Counted from the stretch's first letter, positions 14,399 through 28,528 are shown. The stretch is 64,000 nt of DNA from Octopus bimaculoides (GCF_001194135.2 NC_068984.1:35158621-35222620); one strand, 5' to 3'. A program made the numbers and translations. The notes: generated by a model from the sequence alone, not told the origin.

Positions 14399-14724
14399 CC
14401 GAACACCGAACTGAGAATACCTTAGACTGACCGGCCAGTTTATGTTGCCAACTTCAATAAGGACAAATCGTTCGGTTGAATCTGGGCTAGCTGGCTTGTC
14501 AGAGTATAAATATTCACCATAAAATCTATAGTTGGTTTAACAGATCGCTAATGTGTATATAAGCGATTAATAAAAACGGATGTTTGCAACATTATACCCT
14601 AAAGGAAAATTATAGTCATCAATAAAACTTGAATCAAGCGAACGAGCTGCCCTTACTGGGAGATGGCGAGGGAAACTGCTGCAACTGGCCGGTCAGTCTA
14701 ATGAATTTTCAGTTCAGTGTCCGG
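14399..14724. mobile_element. MITE-like element with about 42-bp terminal inverted repeats
   Basis: 14401-14440 gaacaccgaactgagaataccttagactgaccggccagtt versus the reverse complement of 14683-14722 ggacactgaactgaaaattcattagactgaccggccagtt: 35/40 identical. Non-coding interior. Confidence 0.75.
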
Positions 14725-15736
14725 GGTAAAAGGGTAAAGAAAAGGAAAGAAAGCAAAGAGTAAGATAGTGTGTTCTTAAAAAAAGTATGGAATACAGAGA
14801 GAACGAGATAAAAAGGGAGGGAAAGAAATGAAAATAAACCCCAGCAACTGTAAGGGTATGACCATTTTTTAATCCCAGATTTTTATTTACTTTGTATAGA
14901 TGGAAATGCATATCAGTTTTCAGTACTTAATTCTGCACCTCTCAGGTTTAGCATTCAGCTAAAAGCTGATCCAGACAAGACACATGTTCTATTGACTGGA
15001 TCTCCTTCAAGTGCCCCCTCTCTCCTTCTTTTTTTGATTTTTTCTCTCTCTGTTTCACTTCCTTTTTTCTTCTTTTAGGAAATACATTGGCTGTGGATTA
15101 GAGGAAATACAGGACAATCATTTAATTTTATTCGACATATTCCCCTCTCAGACTCAAATATTAATTGCATCAGTCCTTCAGTTTTTCTAAGCGTTGTAAA
15201 AGAACATGGAAGTTCGAATCCCTAACTAGATCTTTCACGAAACCCTTAAATTCAAGAACATTTCAGCAACCCCCTCGTATTGTGTTTTCTTTTTATTTTG
15301 TCTTTTGTTTCTATTTTTCTCTTCATCTTTCTCTTGCTTCTTCAGTTATTCTCTGTTTTACTTCCCTCTCAACACACTTATAAAAATTATTACTAATTTT
15401 CCAGCGTCAGTTAATCCCCACTTGGAACAATCAAAGAAGAAATTGCAAATGACATCGTTAGCGAAATTTACGTAAAGAGCTAATGTTATACACTGCATCT
15501 TGTATTTATCATTTTTCCTACATTTGCTCTGTGTATTATAACCAGTAATACTACTAAGTAGAGTTGTTGTGATAATATTTTTGCTGGAAGTAGACTGGAT
15601 AACAGTAATCTACGTGCATCTCTAGATTCACCAATCGGAGTCGCACATATGACTATACACACAAGTTATAATATAATGCATGTATGTATCTTTCACTTTC
15701 TCTATCTCTCTCCGTATATTTACATGTATGTATGTG

Positions 15737-15796
<60 letters not shown>

Positions 15797-16136
15797 TGCA
15801 TGCATAAATACATACATACATACATACATACATGCATATACATCTACATTGAGACACACAAACACGCACATACGCACGTCCGCTAAAACATCTGCTAAAC
15901 TTAAACGAAGCATCAATTTCTCTCAACTTTCAACGTCACAGCAATCAAACCTACTGACTCATAAAATCTCTAAGAATTTATATCAATACCGCGTTTGCCG
16001 ACAGAATCTCACGACAGAAACTTCGGATTCCGAATTTTTTCACTATAAAACCACTATGATAGTTATTCTATTTTTGAATATCTTTACTTGCAGTTGTGGT
16101 TGTACATTCATATGTGGTAGTGGTAACTGTAGAAGT

Positions 16137-16349
16137 AAGGTGGTATACTGGCAGAATCATTAGCACACCGGACAAAATTCTTAACAGCATTTCTCCCATC
16201 TGTACGTTCTTACTTCAAATTCCGTAGGAGTCAACTTTGCCATTCAGCCTAGCAGGATCGAAAAAGTAAATACCAGTTAAATACTGGCGTTGATGTAATC
16301 GACTATACCCTTTCTCCAATATTTTACGGCTTTGTGCCTCTAAAAAAAA
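16137..16349 (+). mobile_element. tRNA-derived SINE, diverged full-length copy
   Basis: ctggcagaatcattagcacaccggac...cgttcttacttcaaattcc...gtcaactttgcc...gatgtaatcgact...tttgtgcct is collinear with the 47519 copy. Confidence 0.8.
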
Positions 16350-19300
16350 TATTAATATGATAATGGTGTTGTTATAATAATAATTTTTTTTTTTTATGTA
16401 CATTTAATGGTATTGCTTCAATTGTTGTTTTGCTTTTGTTTTGATTTTGTAAATTACATTTCGTTCCATTCATTCATATGTTTGATAATTTATTTCTTCA
16501 CTTATGTTAATTTTCATTTTTGTCTTAGAAGATTCAGCTTTTTCAGAATATTATACTGACAAACTATTTTCTTCAGTTACTGCTATAATCTTCTGAATAC
16601 TTAATGTTGCAACAAATATGATCTATTGCTCTCATTTTGTTTGGGACATGTGGCACTATTCACCTTGAAGAAGAAGTAGTAAATCATCATTGAATGTGTT
16701 ATTTAGTGTTGTTCCATCGTTCCTCCTATAAAGCTATATTCATGATTATTATCTCAAACGTGACTTTAAAAAAATCCAAACTGTACTTAATTAGCAAAAG
16801 GAAATAGTATCCCCTCCCACGTACACCCAAAACATTTGTGTGTCTTTGTAGTCGATCGCTATCAGCGCACCCATTCCGAACTACTACCTCCAACAGCTAA
16901 CACCACAAGGAAAGCTGTGAAGAATTAAACAGGACAAATAAACTGTCACCAATGACAATAATATCACTAAGGGTAATTAAAAATTTATACAACATAAGAT
17001 TAAATAAAACACATTGCTAATGGAACAAAAATTGCAGAAATCAGTCAGCTAGTTTAACAAATAAAACATCACTGCTACTAAAACCACCACCACTACCACT
17101 AAAACCACCGAAAAATATCAGCAGCTAAACCAAAAACGACGACGATGGCGGCGACAGCGATAATAAAAATATATCGCCAAAAATAATTAAAAGATAACAA
17201 CAATAACAGCTGTCACAAAACAACATTTATAAAAATGTAAAAAAAACACTATGAGCCTAAAAAATATCACTAATATTACAAACACCAATAAATCTGCCAA
17301 TACTCTTCATAAAAACGACACCAATAATACCAACAACAACAGCGACGACGACGACGACGATGACAAACTGAATAATTAGTAGAGACTTTTTTTTAGTATT
17401 TTTCGAGATTGTCAGAAATGTTTCGATAGCAACAATCAGAGCCAGACCGTTAGCAATTGTCAATATTTTTTTCGAGAAAGATTTGCGGTTTAGTATTATA
17501 GGCAGCTGAAATATTATATCCTTGACGGGAATTTTGGTGGCATACAGGGATGGGTCTTCTGCTGCTCTCTGAAAACGAGGAATGTTTAAAGAATATCTGT
17601 ACAGTAATTACAACCACAGGTGTAAAGTACTAGAATACTAAATTAATTACCACTAGTTTTTTCACAACCGATAGCAAAATTATCCAAACAAGTTATGTCC
17701 GCTATAATGCCCAACAAATTTCCTGGGGTATCATTACTAAAGCATAGTTAAATATTCGAAATATATTCTAGAGAGAATAGAACACACGTACATTCTCGCC
17801 TATCACTGATTGATTCTTCCTCATCCGAAAGTATATATGTCGAAGCTTCATGAAACTGAAACTTCTTTAAAGTGATGGCAATGGATGTGTCATTAGCCAG
17901 GGCCTGTACTGTGAAGACTGTGTCGAGGGAAACTGCCAGGCAATTCGTAATTTCGAAGTTTCACTCTCTGAAAATTGGTCGAGTAGTAAACGGAATCTAA
18001 GTCTTGGGAACACGAGATAACACACCACTATATTTTATTGAATAAAGAATCCCAGCTGGTGTTTATAACAATAAGTTTTTAAAATATCCTCAATGAATCG
18101 CAGCTCAATACTTACCAGTAAATCATCGAAAGTTTTACTTTATCACAAATATAACGTCTACACCAATAGTAACAGTAGATAGCTTTAGCAAAATCTGACT
18201 TTCTTTTGAAATTATACACTTCAAGCTATAATTTGTCACTTAAGAGGATTGATACAAGGTGGTACGCCCAAAATCAACACAGATAATGATGAACATAACA
18301 TTGGAGAAGAGAGATGAGATAACTCTTATGAAACTCTCAACTAATATAACTCGAAAACTACGTTGGCAACAACTAAAGCAACATCAGAAAATCTAAACGA
18401 ACTACAGTGAGAAAGGCATAAAAAAAGATTGCATATATACCAAGATATTTAAGAACATCCGCGTCAATAGCACAGAAAATATTTTACAATATAATGTAGA
18501 GACAACCAACTTAGTTTAGCCTGCTAAATTTGCAGCTAAATCTATTTTAGGTTCTACCAGAAACAGTTGACTGCATACAAATCATAGACCTGATCAATAA
18601 GAGCCGAATAGTGGCTGTACACTAACGTCAGCGAAAAAAAGTGCAAAAGAAACAGCAAGAGCAAACATTATAAGTAGAACATAAAATACAAAAGCCTAAC
18701 AAAACGCAATAATAATAATACCATCAAAAGCAGCAGCAAAAGAAATAAACTACACGCAACAGACATACTTCAATACCCTAACATCTGAAATACCTATGGC
18801 GGTTTCATGGATTGCATGAAACTGATTAATATAAACACATACAGGGAGAGCATTAGGTAATGTCTAACTGAGATACTCGCAAAACAAATGCATTCTGAAC
18901 AAGATTAGAAAGTTATTTACTAAATGGTCTTCAAGAGACGTCTGGGAATGACAGTGTAGTTAATATAGTGAAGGCGATAATAGCTCTTGCCAATTTGTTC
19001 GATGCTAAATACGAAATATGTGCGTCAAAACAGGGATAACTTAGGCTTTGATGTTCGATAGGCCTGATTTACAGAAGTATGACGTGACAACAACGTCCCC
19101 ATATTGTATTTAATGGACAATGCTGAGCCCGTCGTATATGGTTCTACGCAATTAATTTACATCAATGAAAAGCATTCCAAACCATTTCTTTATTGTTCCG
19201 ACTTTAAATCCAACCAGGATCGAATTTGTCGTTCATAACGTTGGATAAAATAATTGCCGTATGTGTATTGGAATGAATTAATCGATAATACAAATCTTGC

Positions 19301-19813
19301 TTCTGTGCTATTGTAACATTCATCATCCTCATTGCGGTCTTTGTTAATATCCTCTCCCTCCTTTACATTAAAAACATCTTCCTCAAGCACCACCACCACC
19401 ACCAAAATTATCACTACTATCAACACCACCACCATCAGCACTACCATCATCATCATCATCATCATCATCATCCTCCTCATCATAATCTTAAATACTAGAA
19501 GCAGCGTTATCAGCAGAACAATAATTAAACAAACATTACCCCCGAAATCATATCGTAGTAGTTTTAACATTATTATTGTTTAAGTAGTCGGATGGCTGAA
19601 TAGATGGATGGTGAGATAGTCAATAATGTTAAACAGTTTCATGAATTTCTAAAGTCTAAAAGTAATTAAAAAATATGAATGATGGTTTTTCATAAAATGT
19701 AACTTCTAATATTGAGCAGAGGAAAAAATCAATGTTTAAAGAGAATTTTGACTCTTTTATACATATTTAAATTCATTCTTCTCAACCCAGTACAACTTGT
19801 TCGCCCAACAAGC

Positions 19814-19945
19814 ACACCGTCACCATCACAACCACGACCACCACCGCCACCACCACTACCACCGCACCCACTGCCTCCACCACCACCACCACACCCACTG
19901 CCTCCACCACCACCACCACACCACCGCCGCCACCACTACCACCAT

Positions 19946-19999
<54 letters not shown>

Positions 20000-20028
20000 A
20001 ACTACTACTACTACTAATNNNNNNNNNN

Positions 20029-20062
<34 letters not shown>

Positions 20063-20071
20063 AACTACTAC

Positions 20072-20107
<36 letters not shown>

Positions 20108-20232
20108 TACCACTACGTCGACGACGACAACTAACAATCATAAATAATAACAGCAAAGATGATAATTCGTTTTCACTTCTAATAATGATAGGATAATACT
20201 ACTTTACAAAGAACTACAATACAAATAATAAG

Positions 20233-20287
<55 letters not shown>

Positions 20288-20338
20288 TGATGATGATGAT
20301 GATAATGATAATGATAAGGATAATGATATGATGATGAC
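19814..20338. repeat. Compound trinucleotide array (CAC)n-(TAC)n-(AAT)n-(GAT)n
   Basis: Directly visible; includes a 10-N gap. Explains the poly-T/H/Y/V/S ORFs. Confidence 0.95.
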
Positions 20339-21855
20339 AACGAAGATGGTTTTGATAATGAGGATCATTTCTTTAACAACCAGTGAGGGCTTACAGAAAG
20401 GGGGTGGTGGAGGATGGTATAACAAAATACAATGCGGGAGATACATGAAGTCATGGAAGAACACAATCAAAAGGAAACGAAAAGAGAAACAAGGATCCAT
20501 TCCACAAATGTGTGGAGACCTCTGAGGGCTACGTTTGGAAAACCTACAAAACCATGATCCTGGCCTGTAGACCGACAGCCCTCTTCCTATTTTCCTCCCA
20601 CAATCTAAAGGCCCATGCTCAGGGTAGTCATTTAAACTTGCGCTACTGTCAACCCCTTTTCAACAATTTTGCTTCAAAGAGCTTTCCACTTCACCTGCAG
20701 TATCCTTTTCAAGTTAAACTTGAAACAGTTGGTGAGGGCTCTGACAAACAAGACGCGCTTGTCATCTGTCCTTTCAGTTTGGTCAAAGGCACAATTAATT
20801 TAGCTAAGACCAGTTGAGGGAAAAAAATATCAGCATGTCTTTCGCAGCCAAAATAAAGTGAGATAGTTGACAGTTGGATCTGTTCAATACGCAACAACAG
20901 AAGCTCGGCTCAACTCGAGAAGCAATAATCCAGTACTGGCTGAGAACGTGCAAAACAACTTCGTCGCTCGGTGCACATCTCGGTCAGTTCGGGGTGCCTG
21001 TTCTTCCATAACTGAATAATTTACCTGGAATCGATAAGCACTCTCTACGATTTATCGCATGAATTGAAGTTTGTCGTGGATAGAGCATTCCGAGATGGTG
21101 CATTTTTGAAAATTACCAATTCGAGTATCTATGATATTTGCGAACATTTTGCTCTACAGTTTTCGGAAATATTTGAAATTTGTGAAGGATAACTTCATAA
21201 ATAAAAACTTATTTGGTTAATGCCCTTTCTCAGAAACGCCACCGTACATCGAGTCACATAACTTCTTTATTTGCAAATTACTGTTGACATCTGGGAAAAC
21301 ATCTCCAAACAAGTTAGGATTGTAAAAGTATAGATGTAGGACAGAATATCCAAACAAGGCGATTTGACCCCCATGTAACGGAATTATGTTTTCCGAATCT
21401 CCGAACCGGTAATGAGACTTTTATAACACTCCGAAGGTGTGGCCTGCATAAGCAAGTATTTAAAATTGTAAATAACTTATACAATCATTACTAGTGTAGT
21501 GAATTCCCTAGATATTATCTGGATGACCCAATGCGGTTACTCCAAGCCCCATATTGGGGAACCCGAGAAATTTGGTCGGTACTTCTCACATTTGGAAACG
21601 CTTAACCGGTTTGTGAGACTTGTGTGTCCGACTTTCCTATCATGTAGACTCACGCAATTCGAACATGTACCCAGAATGTACACTAGAAACACAAAAGCGT
21701 CGACGTTCCTAGAAGAACCTGTAGAGACCGGAAGAAAATTTACTAACTTAAAATGGAAACAACAAAGAGACAACAACAAATCACGAAGGTAATACAGCCT
21801 TGCAGGTAATAAATTTGACATGATCATCATGGGGACCAGTTTTGAATGAAATAAT

Positions 21856-22058
21856 ATACTTTTCTACTCTAGGCACGAGGCCCGACATTTTTGGGGAGGT
21901 GAGCCAGTCGATTAGAGCGACCCCAAATACTTTACTGGTAGTTAATTTATTGACCTCTAAAGGGTGAAAAACGAAGTCAACCTCGGCCAAATTTGAACTC
22001 GGAACATAAAGACAAACGAAATACCGCTAAGCATTTCGCCCGTCTTGCTAACGTTTCT
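21856..22058 (-). mobile_element. SINE copy A (5' end clipped by copy B)
   Basis: tttctactctaggcacgaggccc...gtcaacctcggccaaatttgaactcggaac...gcatttcgccc...gctaacgtttct; same family as the copies at 937 and 47519. Confidence 0.9.
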
Positions 22059-22280
22059 TATTTCTTTATTGCCCACAAGGGGCTAAACATAGAGGGGACA
22101 AACAAAGACGGACAAAGAGATTAAGGCGATCCCAGTGCGTAATTGGTACTTAAGTTATCGACCCCGAAAGGATGAAAGGCAAAGTCGACCTCGGCGGAAT
22201 TTGAACTCAGAACGTAACGGCAGACGAAATACTGCTAAGCATTTCGCCCGGCGTGTTAACATTTCTGCCAGCTCGCCGCC
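22059..22280 (-). mobile_element. SINE copy B (variant 3' tail)
   Basis: Intact head ggcggcgagctggcagaaatgttaac with B-box gagttcaaattcc on the minus strand. The tail differs from A and C (tttctttattgcccacaagggg on the plus strand). Confidence 0.9.
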
Positions 22281-22285
22281 TTTAA

Positions 22286-22504
22286 AATAATCCTTTCTAC
22301 TATAGGCACAAACCCTGACATTTCACGGGAAAGGGGTAAGTCGATTACAAAGACCCCCAGTACTCAGCCGGTACTTATGTTATATACCACGAAAGAATGT
22401 AGAGTAAAGTCGACCTCGGCTGAATTTGAACTCGGAACGTAGCGGCAGACGAAATACCGTTAGCATTTCGCCTGGCGTGCTAACGATTCTGCTAACTCGC
22501 CGCC
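22286..22504 (-). mobile_element. SINE copy C
   Basis: atcctttctactataggcaca...gtcgacctcggctgaatttgaactcggaacgtagcggcagacgaaatacc...ctcgccgcc; full-length reverse copy. Confidence 0.9.
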
Positions 22505-22621
22505 TTAATCCTGCTTTGTAATAACACTAACAGCAACGACTCTTTGAACAATATACTCATTTAGCATATCAATGTATTTTGTTTCATAATTAGAATTACT
22601 CCAAGTAGAAGCATTGAAAAT

Positions 22622-22684
22622 AATCGTAATGCTTACTAAATAAATCGTAATGCTTACTAAATAAATCGTAATGCTTACTAAGTA
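22622..22684. repeat. 21-bp tandem repeat x3 (aatcgtaatgcttactaaata)
   Basis: Two identical units and a third with one substitution, followed by decayed partial units. Confidence 0.9.
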
Positions 22685-23654
22685 AAAGAAATAATATTGC
22701 TTACTAGGTAAAGGAAATATATGGGTAAAAGAAATATAAAAGAAATATATCAGGCAATTTCATTTCCAAAGAAATTTCATTTTCAAAGTATGTGCAGTTT
22801 GTCATATTCTATAAATTTTCTATCAACCAAAACATAAGTGAAAGATGTAGATAGAGAAAGAGCATGAACTAGAGATAGTAAAGCTTTAAAGGTGTTACAC
22901 GTGACATTGACAATATTAGCCGCACGTAAAGGAATTCCAGTAACATGCAGATACATTAAACACATTAAATGGCAAAACAATTCTACATGTTCACGTAAAA
23001 AACACAATAAAATTTATTTCCATCTCTCTAAAAGTTACTCTCTGAGAACTCTTATTTTATCTGCGGTAATCATCAAACTTAGGAACAATAGATACAAATA
23101 CTTCATAAGAGCACTGAAGAGTCTTGTGTTTATTTATAACATCGATATGTACAAATAAACGCACATATGCGCTGCTGATTAAATTTAAAATAAAAATCAG
23201 ATAAGAAAATTGAGTCAAAAATACAGATTAGCAAATACTTGAAAGAATCAGTCAGCTAAATATTACATGGTTCAATGTAAAATATCAGGAAGAAATATTT
23301 TACACACGATAGACAAATACATAAAATAGCGATAAATACAACAAATAACATAACAGCGATTACCATCTTAGTTATACCAGTAATAAGTTATAACTGGTAT
23401 ATTCTCAATTAGAGGTTAAACGTATTTAGCAGCAGTAGACAGAAAATCGATAAGTGTAATAATTGCTTGTAGAATTCAGCATAAAAATGTGTTACTGGAA
23501 TACGTTTAACAGGCTTTTAGGTAAATAGCATGTTTTTGGAACCAGAATCCTATTATGAAAATTATGTTGTAGATTATCGGGGATGCTGAGTAAACATAAT
23601 GAAGATTAGAAATATAAATACATAACACGAACAACTAAAACGACTACCTAAGAA

Positions 23655-24874
23655 TAAGCGGAGCTGCCAGGCTCTCATCGCCAACAATGGAATCTCTAGC
23701 AGCTTATCTGAAGATCTCAAAATTCGTGCCCGTCAACTGCAGTTCAGCAATTTCTGCATAATAGACATTGAATAATTGGCGTGGTATTGAATACAAACCC
23801 AGTCAATCGAAGCTGTTCATAGATTCATCAAATACTAGTCCGAAACGTGTATTTCTGCATAATGGCAATAGTGAACCATCAGTTCTCTGGGTTATGCATC
23901 ACATATAAATGAAACTTATGACAAAATAAAGCATATGTTGCAATGTACAAAATATGATGAAAATCAAGGGCAGGTCAGTGGTGACTTAATGGTGGTTACT
24001 CTTGCGGTGGGCTTGCAGGGCGGATACAGAAAATACTGCTGCTTTCGACAGCCGTGCGAGATGTTCCAACTATATCAGGAGAGACTGGCCACTTCATCAA
24101 TTACTGGAAACTGGAATAGAAATGTTCAATATCCACCACTCACTGAACCAAACAAAATTTAGCTACCACCATTACACATAAAACTAAAGCTCATGCTAAA
24201 CTTTGTAAAAGCTATGGACCAATCAAGTCAGGGATTTAAGTATTTAATATCAAACTCCCCCTCAGCGACGCTAAGATAATGGAGGGAGTCTTCATTGATC
24301 TTCAGAATCGAGAGCTTCTTAAAGATAGTGATTTTGCCTCAAACCTTCATGGGGAGAAGAAAGCTCCTTGTGAAGCGTACAAGTTAGCGGCAAAAGATTT
24401 CTGAAACAGAATTGAAATAAACCGTTAAGAATTGGTGCAAAATCTCGTTAAGGCTTACAAAATCATGCGATGTAACATGTCACTAAAATTCCAATTTCTG
24501 GACTCACTGTTAGATTTTTTATCCAGTGAATTGTTGGGCAGTTAGTGACGAGTGTAGTGAAATGTTTTACCAACATATTTCAAACATGGAAAAGCGGTAC
24601 CACAGCAAATTTAGCCCACAAATGCTTGCAGACTATTGCTGGACATTGGTAAGAGTCAAGCAAAAAAGCAGAGAGTAGAAATGGACTAGAGCTTAAAACA
24701 ATGACACGCATTGTACGTTATAATTAAATAATCATATATTGCATTGTATATCATTAAACCTATTGCTAATAATTATCTTTCAAGGTGATATTTGGATTGA
24801 GGGCATGGAAATACATAAGAATTAACCAATCCGTTTTAAGGGGTACACGACTTTTCAAAAATTATTGACCAGTG
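23655..24874 (+). pseudogene. Chapaev3-type (CMC superfamily) DNA transposon: decayed transposase plus right terminus
   Basis: Translation AELPGSHRQQWNL...KLFIDSSNTSPKRVFLHNGN...GDLMVVTLAVGLQGGYRKYCCF...LPPLHIKLKLMLNFVKAM...KIMEGVF...RCNMSLKFQFLDS...MEKRYHSKFSPQMLADYCWTLVR, with stops and frameshifts. Ends in ...ttgaccagtg (CACTG terminus). Family assignment is from recalled motifs, not a search. Confidence 0.8.
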
Positions 24875-26651
24875 AAGTTAGTTGACAAAATCGAAATCAT
24901 TTCTTTCGTTAACATTGATGATTTTTCGCAGGTTCCTTATAGTTTAGACATTGCCATGATGTCCTTATTATTGGTCGCTCGCTCCAATAAATTTCTGTCC
25001 AAATTAGAGAAAAAAATTCCAAAATGAAACGCAAGTAAGCGGGTTTATTTATAATATATTCAAGCAAGAGAAAACATTATAGTTGATATTTATAGTTATG
25101 TATTTCAAATATGAAAGTGCCTTCATTTGTTTCATATTTAAATTTTGCTTTCAAATATGTATTTCCGCTCTTTTTCCTATATAAACATCACGGTATTTAT
25201 TATCCCACGTTAATTATCTTACAGGTTGCTAAGAAAATCTATTTCTGATATTTCAGGCTTATACTGACAAACACGGTGAATCCGCATGTACTCACTCACT
25301 TGCATACTCACTCAATGTGTTTATATATTAATTGATATTCAATATATATACTTTTATATAAGTTGATATTAAACATATATGTATATGTTTGTAAATACGT
25401 ATATTTACGAATCTATCAATCTATCTATTTACTTAACTATCTATCCATCTACCACTATACACACACACATTCATACATACACACGATGAAACACATATAT
25501 ACAGGCGGAAACGTATACGCTTACGTACAATGTTTCATAAATACATGTGGAAATTGATATGAGTCCTCTTAGCGAACACATGGACGTACGTCGTAGTTGA
25601 ATTCATGTGAATATATATATATACATGTATAGATAGTAAGCCGTCTTCGTACATATAACTATATGTGTATATGTATATATACTAATACATACATATATAT
25701 GTATATGCATATATATGTATATGCATATATATCTATATATANNNNNNNNNNNNNNNNNNNNNNNNNNNNNNNNNNNNNNNNNNNNNNNNNNNNNNNNNNN
25801 NNNNNNNNNNNNNNNNNNNNNNNNNNNNNNNNNNNNNNNNNNNNNNNNNNNNNNNNNNNNNNNNNNNNNNNNNNNNNNNNNNNNNNNNNNNNNNNNNNNN
25901 NNNNNNNNNNNNNNNNNNNNNNNNNNNNNNNNNNNNNNNNNNNNNNNNNNNNNNNNNNNNNNNNNNNNNNNNNNNNNNNNNNNNNNNNNNNNNNNNNNNN
26001 NNNNNNNNNNNNNNNNNNNNNNNNNNNNNNNNNNNNNNNNNNNNNNNNNNNNNNNNNNNNNNNNNNNNNNNNNNNNNNNNNNNNNNNNNNNNNNNNNNNN
26101 NNNNNNNNNNNNNNNNNNNNNNNNNNNNNNNNNNNNNNNNNNNNNNNNNNNNNNNNNNNNNNNNNNNNNNNNNNNNNNNNNNNNNNNNNNNNNNNNNNNN
26201 NNNNNNNNNNNNNNNNNNNNNNNNNNNNNNNNNNNNNNNNNNNNNNNNNNNNNNNNNNNNNNNNNNNNNNNNNNNNNNNNNNNNNNNNNNNNNNNNNNNN
26301 NNNNNNNNNNNNNNNNNNNNNNNNNNNNNNNNNNNNNNNNNNNNNNNNNNNNNNNNNNNNNNNNNNNNNNNNNNNNNNNNNNNNNNNNNNNNNNNNNNNN
26401 NNNNNNNNNNNNNNNNNNNNNNNNNNNNNNNNNNNNNNNNNNNNNNNNNNNNNNNNNNNNNNNNNNNNNNNNNNNNNNNNNNNNNNNNNNNNNNNNNNNN
26501 NNNNNNNNNNNNNNNNNNNNNNNNNNNNNNNNNNNNNNNNNNNNNNNNNNNNNNNNNNNNNNNNNNNNNNNNNNNNNNNNNNNNNNNNNNNNNNNNNNNN
26601 NNNNNNNNNNNNNNNNNNNNNNNNNNNNNNNNNNNNNNNNNNNNNNNNNNN

Positions 26652-26694
<43 letters not shown>

Positions 26695-27681
26695 CTATTA
26701 TATTTACATATATATATATATAGTCGTGTGAGTTTGTGTACGTATTTCAGTGTGGTATGTGTTTGTATCTCTATGCATACATTTATCATCATATTCTTCT
26801 TTTTGTCCTGCAATCCATATGTACGTACTCATGTACGTATGTACGTTTATTTGAGATGAGAAATATCTTCTATACCGCAGCACTTTGAAAAATCATTCTA
26901 AACTACGTGTAAAAACGAAGGAAATAATCAACATAATATACAAGTTAGAAAGAAACGAAGGACCAAAAAAGAAACCTCTATTTTATAAAATATAAATAAA
27001 AATGCCACTTGATAAGGCAGTTTTGAATATCATGAATATTTTAAAAAATACCGCCGAGATTTGTAACAACCAGAAAGTTAACCACCCCGCAGGGAATTAT
27101 AACAGATCAATGCGAAAAATAGAATGATAATAGCTAGGTATGTGTAGAAGATGTAAAAGAGAATGCAATATAAATAGATAGATAGAATGAAAGACCGATA
27201 ATGTGAAAAGGAAATTGTAAGGAGGAGAGGGGGTGAACAATTGAGAGAACAGTACTTTGAAAGGATGTTGTCAACTGACTCATCGAAGCATAAACATTTC
27301 AATTGAAATACGCACGTACATATACACACGAATATAAATATATGCACAAAAACACAAGCAGGGATATATACATATATATGTTTAAANNNNNNNNNNATAT
27401 ATATATATACACACATATATATATATATACATATATGCGTGTGTCTTTGTGTATCACTCATATATAAATATGTGTTGATCACGTATAGATGTATGCATAT
27501 AAGAGTATGTACACTGATGTAAATATGTACACAGCACACGCATTCATATACACCTACGGAAAATATATGTGCGTATCTATGTATCACTCGTTAATAAATA
27601 CATGTATATTCAATGGTAGATGTATACAAATGAATGTGGATATGGCCATAGAAATATTTACACACTCGCACTCACAACAAA

Positions 27682-27712
<31 letters not shown>

Positions 27713-27739
27713 CTCATATATAATTATATACATGCATGC

Positions 27740-27841
<102 letters not shown>

Positions 27842-28296
27842 ATGTGTAGATACGTATATATATATGCATGGAATCACATGCTTACATACATAATGTCAAA
27901 AGCCAAAACAACATATAAAGGGTATCAAATGCCAAAGTAACCACTAATAGCAGCATGGCATCTGCAATATCTGCTACAAGAACTGCTTCAACAACAAGAA
28001 TAAAATAATAACAACAACAGAAAAACCATGATAAATAAAAAAAAAACATAATGATGATAACAACATGAACAACATCTAAATAATACAGTAGGTTCAGAAC
28101 TGAGGTCGTTCCATGCACTTACAATCATCATGCTTCGAGTGCTTCAGAGGTATATAATTCCATCAGATAGAAGATGTAAAATGGATACAACTGATTCCAG
28201 TGATGCTTTGCCCCTTTTTATTTTTTTGCGCTATTTTATTGTTAATTTACATATTTCGTTTAAATTCTTTATTCCTTGTCATTATCACTATTTTTG

Positions 28297-28330
28297 TAAT
28301 AACAATAACATTAATAATAACAATAATAAT

Positions 28331-28415
<85 letters not shown>

Positions 28416-28472
28416 GCAATGATAATATTAATAATGATGATAATGATGATGATAACAATAATAATCATAACA

Positions 28473-28528
<56 letters not shown>
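28297..28528. repeat. (AAT)n microsatellite with GAT interruptions
   Basis: Directly visible; explains the poly-N/I ORFs. Confidence 0.95.

Noticed and set aside
19712-20500. Poly-P/H/T/Y/V/S ORFs; similar poly-M, poly-N and poly-I ORFs at 10317, 28130 and 44167
   Set aside because: They are translations of trinucleotide microsatellites.
22622-22684. Tandem repeats as a possible CRISPR array (also 43862-43916)
   Set aside because: The units are contiguous with no spacers, the context is eukaryotic, and there are no cas genes.
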